Notes under the pieces: model-generated
Told to the model about the DNA's origin: nothing
Databases searched by the model: none
Seen by the model: only the letters and a program-made list of their open reading frames with translations
Shown: piece by piece, positions 1 to 10,195 of the stretch
Layout of the letters: every line of letters begins with the position of its first letter
How positions within the stretch are numbered: position 1 is the stretch's first letter
NCBI GenBank assembly: GCA_049606035.1
Contig: JBMYVD010000006.1
Location: forward strand, 1-60,332
Source: Candidatus Poseidoniaceae archaeon
Lineage (GTDB): Archaea; Thermoplasmatota; Poseidoniia; Poseidoniales; Poseidoniaceae
Length of the DNA stretch: 60,332 nucleotides
Direction of reading: 5' to 3'
Made by a program: the position numbers and the translations under genes

Positions 1-876
1 GGAAAGCAAGTTGGAAGAAGAGTTGACGTGAGTACTTCGGAAGGCCAAGGCAAAGCCAGGGCAATGGCTGGTAGCGTAGAATGGATTCTTCTTGACTTGG
101 GGGAATGGAAGATGATCCCTATTGAGAATGTCATTGCATCATGTGACGGTGGCCCCACAAAAGTTGCAGCAAGAATTTCATCCGCTGAACAAGTCCTAGG
201 CGCAGCATTTGCGCTTGAAATCGGTGTTGATGCTTTACTTGTGCCAGAGGATATTTTGCCGACTGCTTTAATCGCAAAATCTCAGAGAGGTGAGCGTATT
301 GAGCCTATGGATGAAGAGATAAACTCTAAGGATTTTGAACTCACTCGCCTCAGAGTAATCGAAGTAAAAGAGGGTGGGGTCGGTGATAGAGTGTGTGTCG
401 ACCTAACCTCTCTGCTCGAATTAGGAGAAGGGATGCTGGTTGGCTCAAGCGCTAGTTCAATGGTTTTGGTGCATGGAGAGACCGTCGAATCTGAGTTCGT
501 TCCCACAAGACCATTCAGGGTTAATGCTGGAGCTGCACACACATACATCATGATGGCAGATGGCTCAACAAAATATCTCTCAGAATTGGAAATGGGCGAC
601 GATGTAATGGTAACCAGTAGTGATGGTACATCCAGAACCGCAACCGTCGGTAGAGTAAAGATAGAGAGAAGGCCGTTTATTTTATTCAAGTGGGAAGATG
701 AAAAGCATAATGAAGCAGGTGCGCTCTTGCAACAAGCAGAGACAGTTAGACTCGTTTCAAATTCCGGATTAATTTCGATTACAGACTTATCCCCCGATAT
801 GGAAATTATTGGTTGGTCCGGAGGAGCGGGCCGGCATGTGGGAATAGAAATATCCGCAGATGTTACAGAAAAATGA
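1..876 (+). CDS. aroB': 3-dehydroquinate synthase II (archaeal type), 5'-partial
   Basis: GDRVCVD...GEGMLVGS, RPFRVNAGAAHTY, VGRVKIERRP and LQQAETVRL motifs; frame stays open to position 1. Confidence 0.92.
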   Translation, partial: GKQVGRRVDVSTSEGQGKARAMAGSVEWILLDLGEWKMIPIENVIASCDGGPTKVAARISSAEQVLGAAFALEIGVDALLVPEDILPTALIAKSQRGERIEPMDEEINSKDFELTRLRVIEVKEGGVGDRVCVDLTSLLELGEGMLVGSSASSMVLVHGETVESEFVPTRPFRVNAGAAHTYIMMADGSTKYLSELEMGDDVMVTSSDGTSRTATVGRVKIERRPFILFKWEDEKHNEAGALLQQAETVRLVSNSGLISITDLSPDMEIIGWSGGAGRHVGIEISADVTEK

Positions 877-885
877 GGTGTTAGA

Positions 886-1767
886 TTGGCGGTATTGGGA
901 ACAGGTACATCAAACGGTGGATGTAGCCTTCTCCATGCTGCTGGTCTTGGTTATGGTGCATCACTCGCTTTGGACTTGCCAGTAACAGTTCGTTTGCTTG
1001 ACAAGGAATCTAGAAGAGAATTAGATGACCCTGACAACTTGTTGGGTACTATTTTGGAGGTTTGGAGGCAGTCCGGGCATCCAGTACCTAACGGTGAATT
1101 GTACTGGACTGTAAAATCCGAGATTCCCCCGCGTCAAGGGCTAAAATCTAGTTCAGCGGTTGCTGTTGCTGCAATCAAAGCATTGTGTGATGCGAGTGAT
1201 TACAATCTCGAAAATGCAGATATCGTCGATATAGCAGCGGCAGCACAACTTGCATCAGGTGTCTCCATTACAGGAAGTTATGGTGACACTTGGGCTGCAT
1301 TGGAAGGAGGATGGAAACTGGTCAATTCTAACGCAGAAGATGCAAGAAGTGGTGTCTTACTCGAGTCCCCAGGTCCAAATTCAGACGATTGGAATGTCTT
1401 GCTAGTATGTCGTGGTGACAGAGACAATAGGCCACAATTAGAAGATTTTAGTTTCCATCAGCAGGCTTTTGTTCAAGCCCTAAACGCATTACAAGAAGGA
1501 AATGACCTCGTTGCCCTCACATGGAATGGAAGAGGCGTTGTTGGCGCTCTAAACGACCCAATTGGTAGGAAATTGACCAATGACGCTTTCGTGAATGGTG
1601 CTAGAGCTGCAGGAATAAGCGGTTCTGGACCAGCTATCGCTGTTTTCGCACCTGCGGTTAATACCCAATCGATTGAGCAATTGAAGAAATGGTATAGCAG
1701 AGCCGGTGATGTAGAGTTGATTGAAACAAAGATAATCAACGCTGAATTGGTATCTATGGAAGAATAA
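886..1767 (+). CDS. aroK: Archaeal shikimate kinase (GHMP family)
   Basis: SEIPPRQGLKSSSA GHMP ATP loop, GVSITGSYGD, AGISGSGPA; SD GAGGTG upstream; aro context. Confidence 0.88.
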   Translation: MAVLGTGTSNGGCSLLHAAGLGYGASLALDLPVTVRLLDKESRRELDDPDNLLGTILEVWRQSGHPVPNGELYWTVKSEIPPRQGLKSSSAVAVAAIKALCDASDYNLENADIVDIAAAAQLASGVSITGSYGDTWAALEGGWKLVNSNAEDARSGVLLESPGPNSDDWNVLLVCRGDRDNRPQLEDFSFHQQAFVQALNALQEGNDLVALTWNGRGVVGALNDPIGRKLTNDAFVNGARAAGISGSGPAIAVFAPAVNTQSIEQLKKWYSRAGDVELIETKIINAELVSMEE

Positions 1768-1815
1768 CCATATTCTTGAATGAACGTCTTCTCGCACTGA
1801 CTGATACTCGTGCGC

Positions 1816-2799
1816 ATGAGTCTTGGTGACAATATTGTCGTGACTCTTTTTGGAGAGTCCCATGGCCCCGCAGTTGGCGCTCTTATAGATGGTATGCCTC
1901 CAAATATAGAAATCGATGCAGACCAATTGATTGCTGATATGGTCGCTCGTAGACCTGGCTCCGGCTTGGCAAGTAAGAGGAAAGAAACCGATGATGTCGA
2001 GATACTCTCTGGAGTTCATGCTGGGAAAACAACCGGAATGCCGGTTTTGTTACTGATAAGAAATCGTGATGTGAAGTCAAAAGATTACTCATTCCTACCA
2101 TATCAACCAAGACCAGGTCACGTAGATCACCCGATTAGCGTCAAAACCGGTGGCGCAGCAGACCTTCGAGGAGGAGGTTCATTCTCTGCAAGATTGACCG
2201 CTGGACTAGTTGCGGCTGCTTCTCTATCACGCAACATTCTGCCTGAAGACTGGAAAATCGAGGCCAAGGTCGGCGCTCTAGGTGGGCTCGAGGGTGAAGA
2301 TGGAATTGCTTTAGCAGAAGCTGCTAGGAAGGATGGAGATTCTCTTGGAAGTAGGGTTGACTTGGTAATTTCGGGCTTGCCTGTTGGCTTTGGTGAACCG
2401 TGGTTTGAAGGAATTGAACCTGCACTGGCAAGAGGGCTCATGGCAATACCTGCGGCTAGAGCTGTTGAATTTGGTAGAGGCGTTGAGGCCGGTGTCATGA
2501 GAGGAAGTCAACACAATGACAAGTGGGGCAAAGATATGTCACTATCCGACGGAGCAGACGGTGCTCTTGGTGGAATGGCTAGCGGAGCACCAATCCATGT
2601 TCGAATTACATTCAAGCCTCCAAGTGGGATTTCAAAGCCACAAGAAACATTCAATCAAGTTACAGGTATGATGGAAGAATTGGCGATTAAGGGTAGACAT
2701 GACCCTGTTATTGGACCGAGAGCAAGGCCTGTTGTTGAGGCGGTTGCAAGACTGGTAATCGCAGACCTTGCCATTCAGGGTGGATATATTGATGGATGA
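1816..2799 (+). CDS. aroC: Chorismate synthase
   Basis: FGESHG, RPGH, DLRGGG.FSARLT and GRHDP motifs. Confidence 0.95.
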   Translation: MSLGDNIVVTLFGESHGPAVGALIDGMPPNIEIDADQLIADMVARRPGSGLASKRKETDDVEILSGVHAGKTTGMPVLLLIRNRDVKSKDYSFLPYQPRPGHVDHPISVKTGGAADLRGGGSFSARLTAGLVAAASLSRNILPEDWKIEAKVGALGGLEGEDGIALAEAARKDGDSLGSRVDLVISGLPVGFGEPWFEGIEPALARGLMAIPAARAVEFGRGVEAGVMRGSQHNDKWGKDMSLSDGADGALGGMASGAPIHVRITFKPPSGISKPQETFNQVTGMMEELAIKGRHDPVIGPRARPVVEAVARLVIADLAIQGGYIDG

Positions 2800-4036
2800 A
2801 ATCATTGTTCACAAATTTGGAGGTTCTTGCCTCAGAGAAGGCAAGGATATCGACCGAATAGGTGAGATAATCAAAAATCATCAAGCACGAAACTTGGTTG
2901 TAGTATCCGCATTGTGGGGAATGACTGACCGTCTGAAAAGAGCATCTAATGAACCTAGATATGCAAGTAGGTTGGTTCAAGATTTGATTTACCAGCACCT
3001 CAGATTCGCTCCCGGATTAGACAAGGGTCCGTTCGCTGAATTATTCCAAAAAGTAATTTCAGGAATTTCAAATGAGTTACTTAACTACACAAGCGGTGAA
3101 AAATCGCTGAATTCCGAGAACCTAATTCTAGCAGCTGGTGAAAGACTCAGTGCTCTTGCAGTAGCACACCGTCTAAGGCAGAATGGATTTGTGGATGCTC
3201 ACCCTGTTGGAGCAGAAGATATTGGATTAAGACTCAAAGGTGTAGGTCGTGCTAAGGAAATTGACATCATATCTTCCAAGCAGCAACTGGACATAGAGAG
3301 TTTGGTAGGTATTCCAATCTTAACCGGGTGGTTCGGTGAAGGAGATGACGGAAATATCGCACTATTGACACGAGGTGGTTCTGACCATTCAGCAGCAGCG
3401 TTTGCGAACTTAACAAATGCATCAAAATTGATTCTTTGGAAGGATATTGATGGAATCAAACGACTGAATCCAAGATGGGGAATCAACACACCTACGATAC
3501 CATACCTAGGGTATGGGCAAGCTGCTGAACTTTCCATGCACGGGACTCCAATTATTCACCCTGCAACTGTTCTGCCATTGGTTTCAGAGGGTATACCAAT
3601 AGAAATCAAGAATTTCCATGACCCTGAAGGAATAATTTCTACCACTATTGGCCCGGATGTAGACAATGATACCATTGTAGCGATTGGATGTCAGCCTGGC
3701 GTTGCGGTAATTACAGATGATAAGCCTCTCAGCAGTGAATTGTTGGCAGAAATCGAATACCATGGAATTACTCCATGGTCGATGAACTCAACACCAGAGG
3801 AGATGAAAATCATAATGCCATTGCACGATCTACACTTAATTGAATCAAAAATTAGCGGTAAAATCGTTCACAAAACTGCAATAATTTCTGTTATTGGAAA
3901 AGCCGATATTTCGATAGATCACGAACTGGTATCTAGAAACGAATACGGAACTAGACTGATAGTTCAAACAGACAAACTTCAGGAAACAATTAGTGAATTG
4001 TATCACTCTTTGTTCTCTCGCCAAGACTGCAAGTGA
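2792..4036 (+). CDS. Aspartate kinase (amino acid kinase family)
   Basis: VHKFGGSCL, VVVSAL, GERLSA, RGGSDHSA and WKDIDG; ATG at 2792 overlaps the aroC end. Confidence 0.85.
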   Translation: MDEIIVHKFGGSCLREGKDIDRIGEIIKNHQARNLVVVSALWGMTDRLKRASNEPRYASRLVQDLIYQHLRFAPGLDKGPFAELFQKVISGISNELLNYTSGEKSLNSENLILAAGERLSALAVAHRLRQNGFVDAHPVGAEDIGLRLKGVGRAKEIDIISSKQQLDIESLVGIPILTGWFGEGDDGNIALLTRGGSDHSAAAFANLTNASKLILWKDIDGIKRLNPRWGINTPTIPYLGYGQAAELSMHGTPIIHPATVLPLVSEGIPIEIKNFHDPEGIISTTIGPDVDNDTIVAIGCQPGVAVITDDKPLSSELLAEIEYHGITPWSMNSTPEEMKIIMPLHDLHLIESKISGKIVHKTAIISVIGKADISIDHELVSRNEYGTRLIVQTDKLQETISELYHSLFSRQDCK

Positions 4037-4917
4037 GTTGGTAGGTCCAAAGCGAATAGTGCGCCTACAACGATGAATACAAACAGTGTTCCCAGTGCAA
4101 CTCCGTAAACTGATATCAGTTCGACTGATTCTTCCATTCGGATAGCGGTCTGCTCAGAGAACAGTGAAATGAACGCTGGCAGAATGGTGTTTACAGACAG
4201 TACTAGCATTGCTAGAGAGCCTGCAATCAATGGATTGATTACAAGTGAACGGTGATATTTACCGACGATTTTCTTGACATTCATCACGTAAACTTCTCTT
4301 GTTCTGATTGAAGTATCAAGCATACTAAACCTGATTACACCATTAGTTAACTCGAAGTACATCACTAGCAAGACTGCGTATACAACAACAAGGATTGTAA
4401 GTAAGAATTGACTATCTCCAAATCCAAAGATATCCTGGGATAGTGAAACCTTTGAAGATGCAAATCGCATTACTGAAAGAATAAACAAAACGTATGATGA
4501 TAGCATAAACCTTGCATCTCTAGTCATCGTTCCCCAGAAACCGGTTCCTATTGCACCTGCAACTACCAATAACTGCAGAATATTTGCAACCGTAATTGAT
4601 CCCGTAATTGCAAACCAAAGAGTACCAACTGCAGGTGTAACGATGTATGTCAAAATACCTAAAGCGATTAGAACCCCATAGCAACCTAGTTGCAAGTTTT
4701 GAACCATCTTATCTGCAGGCAGGAACTTCATCTTTGGAACGAGTGGGCCTCCTAGTAGGCTTTCGACGAATGAAGGGATCTCGACGGTTGGAATAGCATC
4801 TTTCGGGATTTCTCCAGTTGGGCTTGCGGTACCAGCGAGTTTCTTTCGAGAAGGCGCTGATGAGCGAACAGTCTTGCCGTCGTACAGGTGTGCTGTATCT
4901 CCAGATTTAGTTGCCAT
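4003..4917 (-). CDS. Hypothetical multi-pass membrane protein, last gene of the MoxR cluster
   Basis: About 6 hydrophobic segments; SD GGAGGGAG; follows the DUF58 gene closely. Confidence 0.7.
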   Translation of the reverse strand: MATKSGDTAHLYDGKTVRSSAPSRKKLAGTASPTGEIPKDAIPTVEIPSFVESLLGGPLVPKMKFLPADKMVQNLQLGCYGVLIALGILTYIVTPAVGTLWFAITGSITVANILQLLVVAGAIGTGFWGTMTRDARFMLSSYVLFILSVMRFASSKVSLSQDIFGFGDSQFLLTILVVVYAVLLVMYFELTNGVIRFSMLDTSIRTREVYVMNVKKIVGKYHRSLVINPLIAGSLAMLVLSVNTILPAFISLFSEQTAIRMEESVELISVYGVALGTLFVFIVVGALFALDLPTHLQSWRENKE

Positions 4918-4929
4918 TCATCTCCCTCC

Positions 4930-6243
4930 TCAGAATCCTCTCGCACCAGCAAGTGCGGTTGATAGTAGCATATCAGGCTCCCAATCCATGATATTGACAC
5001 CAAGACCTCTCAATTCACTAATCAAGACGTCTCTTTCTGTCTTCAAAACCTCGTATCCAGTTCTATCTAGACGCTTTGCATCGAACTCGAATTCAAGACT
5101 AGATGGTGAGAGAACTGTTACGTCGAAATCTCTAGCTCTGAAATCACGTAGTGCGTTCACAATGGTTGGGTCATCTTCCAAGTTCGATAGAACAATTATC
5201 GGACTTCCCTTGTTGATGTGTGGCATAATTCTGTTCACAACAACCTGTAACGGGATATTACCTCTTGCCATAGCGCCGGCTAACTTGGTTAGAATAACAT
5301 AGAGTTGCTTCTTTCCAGTATCTCTGTCTACGCTGACTACCTCGTCACCGTAGGTGATTAGACCGACAGAGTCTCTTCGACCAAGGAAATACTTTGCAAG
5401 GCTAGCAGCAGCTCTTGTTGAATAGACGAGGGCATTTCTAGAAACGGGTCCTGTTTCAGCAACTGCTCTCGAGTCAACGATTAGAATGATGTCGCTTACA
5501 GCGTCTCTTTCACGTTCGTTGACCATCAGTTTACCACTTCTAGCATAAGCAGACCAATTGATTGCTCTAAATGAATCACCTTCGAAGTATTCTCTCAATG
5601 AGTAGAACTCAGAACCAGGTCCTGGTTGACGAATGTTGACAGCTCCAGTGAAAATTTTCGGTACTCTTGACTTGACGAAGGTTTCCTTCAGGTCTTCCAT
5701 CTTCGGGAACACAAGGAAGTCGTTGTAGACATGCAGTTCCTTTTCCTTGTGGAACAATCCGAATGGATCCTGGACACGGACAGCCACTGGTCCAAGACTG
5801 TAGAAACCTCTCAATGGGCACTCGACGGTATATTCGATGAACGTCTCACGGCGTGGACCTAGTTCCATCAGTATGTAGTTCGCACCATCTTTGATACGCA
5901 TTACCTCTGGCACTCTGTCCTTAACTTCCAGAATCTTTCCTAGGCCGGAATGATTCTGCATACGCAGTGTGACGTTTACCTCACCATCTTCGAAAATCCT
6001 AGCACTGGATAATTTTCGCATTGCAGAGACGTTGGACAAGGAAACTCCTTCCTCACCAGACCATTCTTCTGCTCTGCGGCCGCTAGCAGCAACGTCAGCG
6101 TGACCGCCGAATAGTGCTGCCCAAGTTAGGAACACGAAGATTACCACAGCAATGGTAACCAATTGTGAATTCCTCAATGTAAGACCTAGCAGGTACATTG
6201 CTACCGCTAGGGAACCTAACATTGCACTCTTACGACTCCACAT
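4930..6243 (-). CDS. DUF58 (vWA-like) protein, MoxR partner
   Basis: GSEFYSLREYFEGDSFRAINWSAYAR DUF58 signature; N-terminal TM pair. Confidence 0.9.
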   Translation of the reverse strand: MWSRKSAMLGSLAVAMYLLGLTLRNSQLVTIAVVIFVFLTWAALFGGHADVAASGRRAEEWSGEEGVSLSNVSAMRKLSSARIFEDGEVNVTLRMQNHSGLGKILEVKDRVPEVMRIKDGANYILMELGPRRETFIEYTVECPLRGFYSLGPVAVRVQDPFGLFHKEKELHVYNDFLVFPKMEDLKETFVKSRVPKIFTGAVNIRQPGPGSEFYSLREYFEGDSFRAINWSAYARSGKLMVNERERDAVSDIILIVDSRAVAETGPVSRNALVYSTRAAASLAKYFLGRRDSVGLITYGDEVVSVDRDTGKKQLYVILTKLAGAMARGNIPLQVVVNRIMPHINKGSPIIVLSNLEDDPTIVNALRDFRARDFDVTVLSPSSLEFEFDAKRLDRTGYEVLKTERDVLISELRGLGVNIMDWEPDMLLSTALAGARGF

Positions 6244-6274
6244 GCCATTCGCCTCTCTGTTTCAATTAAGAAAA

Positions 6275-7462
6275 TCAGACAGTAGGAACTGGAACTTCTC
6301 GCAAGATTGTTTGAATAACCTCACCAGCTTCCAATCCCTTGATTTGGTGCTCTGGCTTTAGGATGATTCTGTGTGCGATTGCGAGTTCAGCTACGGTCTT
6401 GATGTCGTCTGGTGTTACGAAGTCGCGGCCACGAAGAGCAGCTGCTGCACGTGATGTCTTCAGAAGTGCCTGAGAACCACGAGGCGACGAACCTACGAGA
6501 ACACGAGGGTCCTCACGGGTTCTGCTTACGATTTCAACCATGTACATACGCAGTGCTGGGTCGACATAGATGTCTTCACATGCTTGCTGCATTGCGATAA
6601 CTCTCTGTGGGTCGGTAATAACGTCGACATCGACTGCATCCTTTCCACGATTGATACGTCGAGCAAGGATTTCGTCTTCGTCTGCACGGTCTGGGTAACC
6701 GACGCTCATCTTGAACATGAAACGGTCCAACTGCGCTTCAGGAAGCGGGTAAGTACCTTCTTGCTCAACAGGGTTTTGAGTTGCCATAACAATAAACGGT
6801 GCTGGTAATTTGTGGGTGACTGTTCCGATAGTCACCTGCTTCTCCTGCATAGCCTCAAGCAAAGCAGCTTGGGTCTTAGGAGGAGCACGGTTAATTTCGT
6901 CCGCTAGTAGTAGGTTACAAAATAGTGGACCTGGCTTGAACGTGAATTCTCCCTTCTTTGCATCGTAGATGTTTGTACCTGTAATATCTGCAGGTAGCAA
7001 ATCCGGAGTGAACTGCACACGCTTGAAGTCACAACCCAACGCATCTGCGAAGGTGTTGGTCATCAAAGTCTTAGCAAGTCCTGGGTAATCTTCGAACAGT
7101 AGGTTACCGTTCGACAAGATGTTGATCAGAACGTTGTCGATAACGTGGCTCTTACCGATAATTACCTTCTGGACTTCGGCGCTAATTGCTTGTGCAATCG
7201 CTCCTACTGCCTGAAGACGTTCACGGACCTCTGGGCTACTTTGGTGTCTGGGCTGTGCCTGTGCTGGCGCTGCTGGTGCAGGTGCTGCAGGGGCTGGGGC
7301 CGGTGCTGCTGGGGCTGGTGCCGGAGCAGGTGCAGGCGCTGGTGGCGCTGCTGGGGCCGGAGCCGGTGCTGGCATAGCAGGCGCTGGTGGCGCTGCTGGG
7401 GCTGCTGGTGCAGGTGGTGCCGGCGCAGGGGGGGCTGCGGGTGGTGGGGGTGCTGGCTGCAT
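6275..7462 (-). CDS. moxR: MoxR-family AAA+ ATPase with Pro/Ala-rich N-terminal extension
   Basis: Walker [69 protein letters not shown]. Confidence 0.95.
   Translation of the reverse strand: MQPAPPPPAAPPAPAPPAPAAPAAPPAPAMPAPAPAPAAPPAPAPAPAPAPAAPAPAPAAPAPAAPAQAQPRHQSSPEVRERLQAVGAIAQAISAEVQKVIIGKSHVIDNVLINILSNGNLLFEDYPGLAKTLMTNTFADALGCDFKRVQFTPDLLPADITGTNIYDAKKGEFTFKPGPLFCNLLLADEINRAPPKTQAALLEAMQEKQVTIGTVTHKLPAPFIVMATQNPVEQEGTYPLPEAQLDRFMFKMSVGYPDRADEDEILARRINRGKDAVDVDVITDPQRVIAMQQACEDIYVDPALRMYMVEIVSRTREDPRVLVGSSPRGSQALLKTSRAAAALRGRDFVTPDDIKTVAELAIAHRIILKPEHQIKGLEAGEVIQTILREVPVPTV
7253..7462 (-). repeat. GC-rich low-complexity (PAPA/PAAP)n coding repeat
   Basis: About 70 codons almost entirely Pro/Ala at the MoxR N-terminus. 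Confidence 0.9.
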
Positions 7463-7480
7463 GTCTTTTTACCTCCTAGT

Positions 7481-9058
7481 TTACTTTCCCCAACGTCGAA
7501 TTTGTTGCAATAATTGCCTCAGTTCTTCGTTGGAATATGATCTCTGTTGTGAATACAACAGTTCGATTAGGCGAGGGTCCTTTACCATAGATTGGATCTC
7601 ACCTGGTGTTTTCCTAGCCATTTCGTCACGGGTTAGGTCGTTGAATTGGCGCACTTTAGCCATCATAGCCTCTCGTACGCGCTGTAAGTACAAATTGGGG
7701 TCGACCTTGTTCGGTCTTTCTCTGAATCTAGTAAGGTCGAAAACGTGTCTCCAGTTCTCTTTTTCTGGTACAACCATTATCGCAATGGATAGCAGTGCCA
7801 TCAGGTTGAGTACGATTAGCCACTTTAGGAGGGTGTCACTAGTTAGCATAACTATTGCACCCATCGCCTCTGTAAATGGGGAAGATATTGCGGAGGTAAC
7901 GTGACGGGACTCGTCGAATACGATGTAGAAATTGTCATTCTTACTCGTGATGACGGTAGAAATCTCGTCGTTGTCGTGCTCCATCATATCTCTGATAAGA
8001 GTCACGAAGTAGTCTTCGTTACCGTTCCAATCTGTTCCAGTTCCCTCGGTTGAAGAAAGTAGAGAATCCCAGCAAGGCCTCTCGCCATAGTATCCGGAGT
8101 CGCACTGTTGCTTACCAGTGACCTCTGCGTCTGCAATATCCCATAGGTGGTTAGCTAGTACAGAGTGGTCTGAAACGAATACGATGCTACCAGTAACTTT
8201 CACGTTCCCTTCCTTGACTCCCTTTACCTGGTCGATTGCTTCGATTCCTGGGTAGTCCATCCTGATGATCAAACCAGTGTTGTTACCACCTAGAATTGGA
8301 TTATCTGGGTCGTTTGCATCCATGTTTTCTCTAGCGATGAATGCGGAACCTGATGCGTGTGCCAGTACCTTTACGTTCCTAGAATCATCTTCATTGTCGA
8401 GCACTTGAATCGCTGTTGGACGGTGAAACAGAATCGGTAAAGCACAGTCGCTGTATCTGTCGCGGTCTTGAAGTGCTTCAGGACTGCAGTATGGTCTGCG
8501 CTCAAATTGGTCATCCCAAACCTTGTTGACACCTGCAACTGCCCAGAGTTTTCTAGAATCTTGAGGTTCAACTTCGCCGGTCTGGCTAGCTACTTCATAG
8601 AATCTGTTTGGATCTACTACTGGGGCATCGAAGAATTTGACATCGAACTTGTCAGCAACTGTTTGAGCGTTTGTTGAGTTGGCAGCGATGATAACCTTGC
8701 CGCCTCTTTCAGTGACGAATTCATAAAGAGCATCGGCTTCTGCGTTATCGAATGGCTTTTCTGGAGCAGCGATAACTAGCATAGTTCGGTGAGGTTCTCT
8801 CCAGTCGTTTACAAGCATTGGAGTGGACATTGTATTTGCAACAACATAGTCCATTCCATCTTCGCCAAGTGAGTCCCTCATACTCGAAACTTGCTGATAT
8901 TGTACGTTTTGGTCCTCATCTGTAACGTATGCAGAATAGACAGTGGTTTTGTTAGAGGATGTGATGACGATTACAGTTGTTGAAAGTAACATAGCAACCA
9001 TGAACCCAACCAAAAGCCAAGTTTCTAACTTGATTCCAGTTGAACCCTCTTCTGTCAT
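7481..9058 (-). CDS. Membrane-anchored DUF4350/GldG-like extracellular protein
   Basis: N- and C-terminal TM helices; VIAAPEKPF..EADALYEFVTERGGKVIIAA GATase-like pattern; typical MoxR/DUF58 neighbour. Confidence 0.65.
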   Translation of the reverse strand: MTEEGSTGIKLETWLLVGFMVAMLLSTTVIVITSSNKTTVYSAYVTDEDQNVQYQQVSSMRDSLGEDGMDYVVANTMSTPMLVNDWREPHRTMLVIAAPEKPFDNAEADALYEFVTERGGKVIIAANSTNAQTVADKFDVKFFDAPVVDPNRFYEVASQTGEVEPQDSRKLWAVAGVNKVWDDQFERRPYCSPEALQDRDRYSDCALPILFHRPTAIQVLDNEDDSRNVKVLAHASGSAFIARENMDANDPDNPILGGNNTGLIIRMDYPGIEAIDQVKGVKEGNVKVTGSIVFVSDHSVLANHLWDIADAEVTGKQQCDSGYYGERPCWDSLLSSTEGTGTDWNGNEDYFVTLIRDMMEHDNDEISTVITSKNDNFYIVFDESRHVTSAISSPFTEAMGAIVMLTSDTLLKWLIVLNLMALLSIAIMVVPEKENWRHVFDLTRFRERPNKVDPNLYLQRVREAMMAKVRQFNDLTRDEMARKTPGEIQSMVKDPRLIELLYSQQRSYSNEELRQLLQQIRRWGK

Positions 9059-9208
9059 TTTTATTACCCCTAAAAAAAAGCCCACTGGTTAACGTAGCAG
9101 GTTTCGCAACTCCAACCCACTCATATAGATTATCGTCGATTGAGCAATACAATGGCTTCTGTATCATCTAAGGATAATGAATATCAATACCGAATTACAG
9201 TCGTAAAA

Positions 9209-10195
9209 TTAGGAATTGCGACGGATAACTGCAGAAAAGAGCATTGTTAGTATACACAAGAAGGAAGATAATGCCGGTAAAGATGAACTTTCGACCTCTA
9301 AATCTGTAGGATCAGTGTTTGTAGTATCATCGGTGTTATCATCGGGTTCTTCTTCAATAGTTTCTACAGATTCTACATCGATTGTTAAGGTTGCATAACT
9401 AGACACACTATCCGATTCTGGATAAATCGTGAACTCAAGAATACATTCCTTGGTTGGATGGCTAGTTGTAGTGCTGACCTGAAGCTCTCCTAGCAGTTTA
9501 TTTTCATCTGACTTGACTGCAGGATTTACAACAATAGGCAGTGCGGACGCAGGCTCAAATGAGTAGTCAAGTTGAGGGCACCTCGATACTGCAATACTTG
9601 TTTTTGTAACAGCATCATCAGTATTTCCGAAATTAAAAACTTGGAGATTGATTGTCTTTGTAGTACCTGACTTCATTGGCATTTTTACGTCAGAAGAGGT
9701 TACACCATCGTCTTGATACTTTACGACGAGATTGTAAATTTTGGAGAACTCTAGATCCATTTCAATCTCTCTTGATGCATCTGCTGCTTGGCCTGCAATC
9801 AATTCAATCAATCTCATTGTGACTGTCTCACTGAATGTGTCTGCGTTGTAAAGAATGCCATCTGCATCCATTCCAGAACCTGAAATCTTCAACTCAAACG
9901 TCTTGTTGGAATTTCCTTCCACAGTGACCTGTCCAGGTTCATCGACGCTGAATTCAACATCCTCAAATTCTACTTCAAAGCCAACCTCGATTGGAGTTAA
10001 CCGATTATTATTAATCCAAAATTCTAGAATCAATTCGAATGAATATGTTTCTTCGTTTAGTTGCATGATTGCAACTTCGTCCTCTGTATTCCAGTCTGCA
10101 GTCCATTGAATTTCAGGATTAGGCAACTGAGCGCTTGTCGAAACAGGAATCAATGAAATCAGAAAGATTGCAATGATTGTTCGTCTCATCTTCAT
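9209..10195 (-). CDS. Secreted acidic protein with C-terminal sorting-like anchor
   Basis: Signal peptide MKMRRTIIAIFLISL; D/T-rich linker then LPA-TM-RR tail; ATGA overlap with the upstream FAD subunit. Confidence 0.7.
   Translation of the reverse strand: MKMRRTIIAIFLISLIPVSTSAQLPNPEIQWTADWNTEDEVAIMQLNEETYSFELILEFWINNNRLTPIEVGFEVEFEDVEFSVDEPGQVTVEGNSNKTFELKISGSGMDADGILYNADTFSETVTMRLIELIAGQAADASREIEMDLEFSKIYNLVVKYQDDGVTSSDVKMPMKSGTTKTINLQVFNFGNTDDAVTKTSIAVSRCPQLDYSFEPASALPIVVNPAVKSDENKLLGELQVSTTTSHPTKECILEFTIYPESDSVSSYATLTIDVESVETIEEEPDDNTDDTTNTDPTDLEVESSSLPALSSFLCILTMLFSAVIRRNS

Noticed and set aside
7145-7513. Cys/Trp/Arg-rich 122-aa plus-strand ORF
   Set aside because: Antisense shadow of the MoxR Pro/Ala repeat
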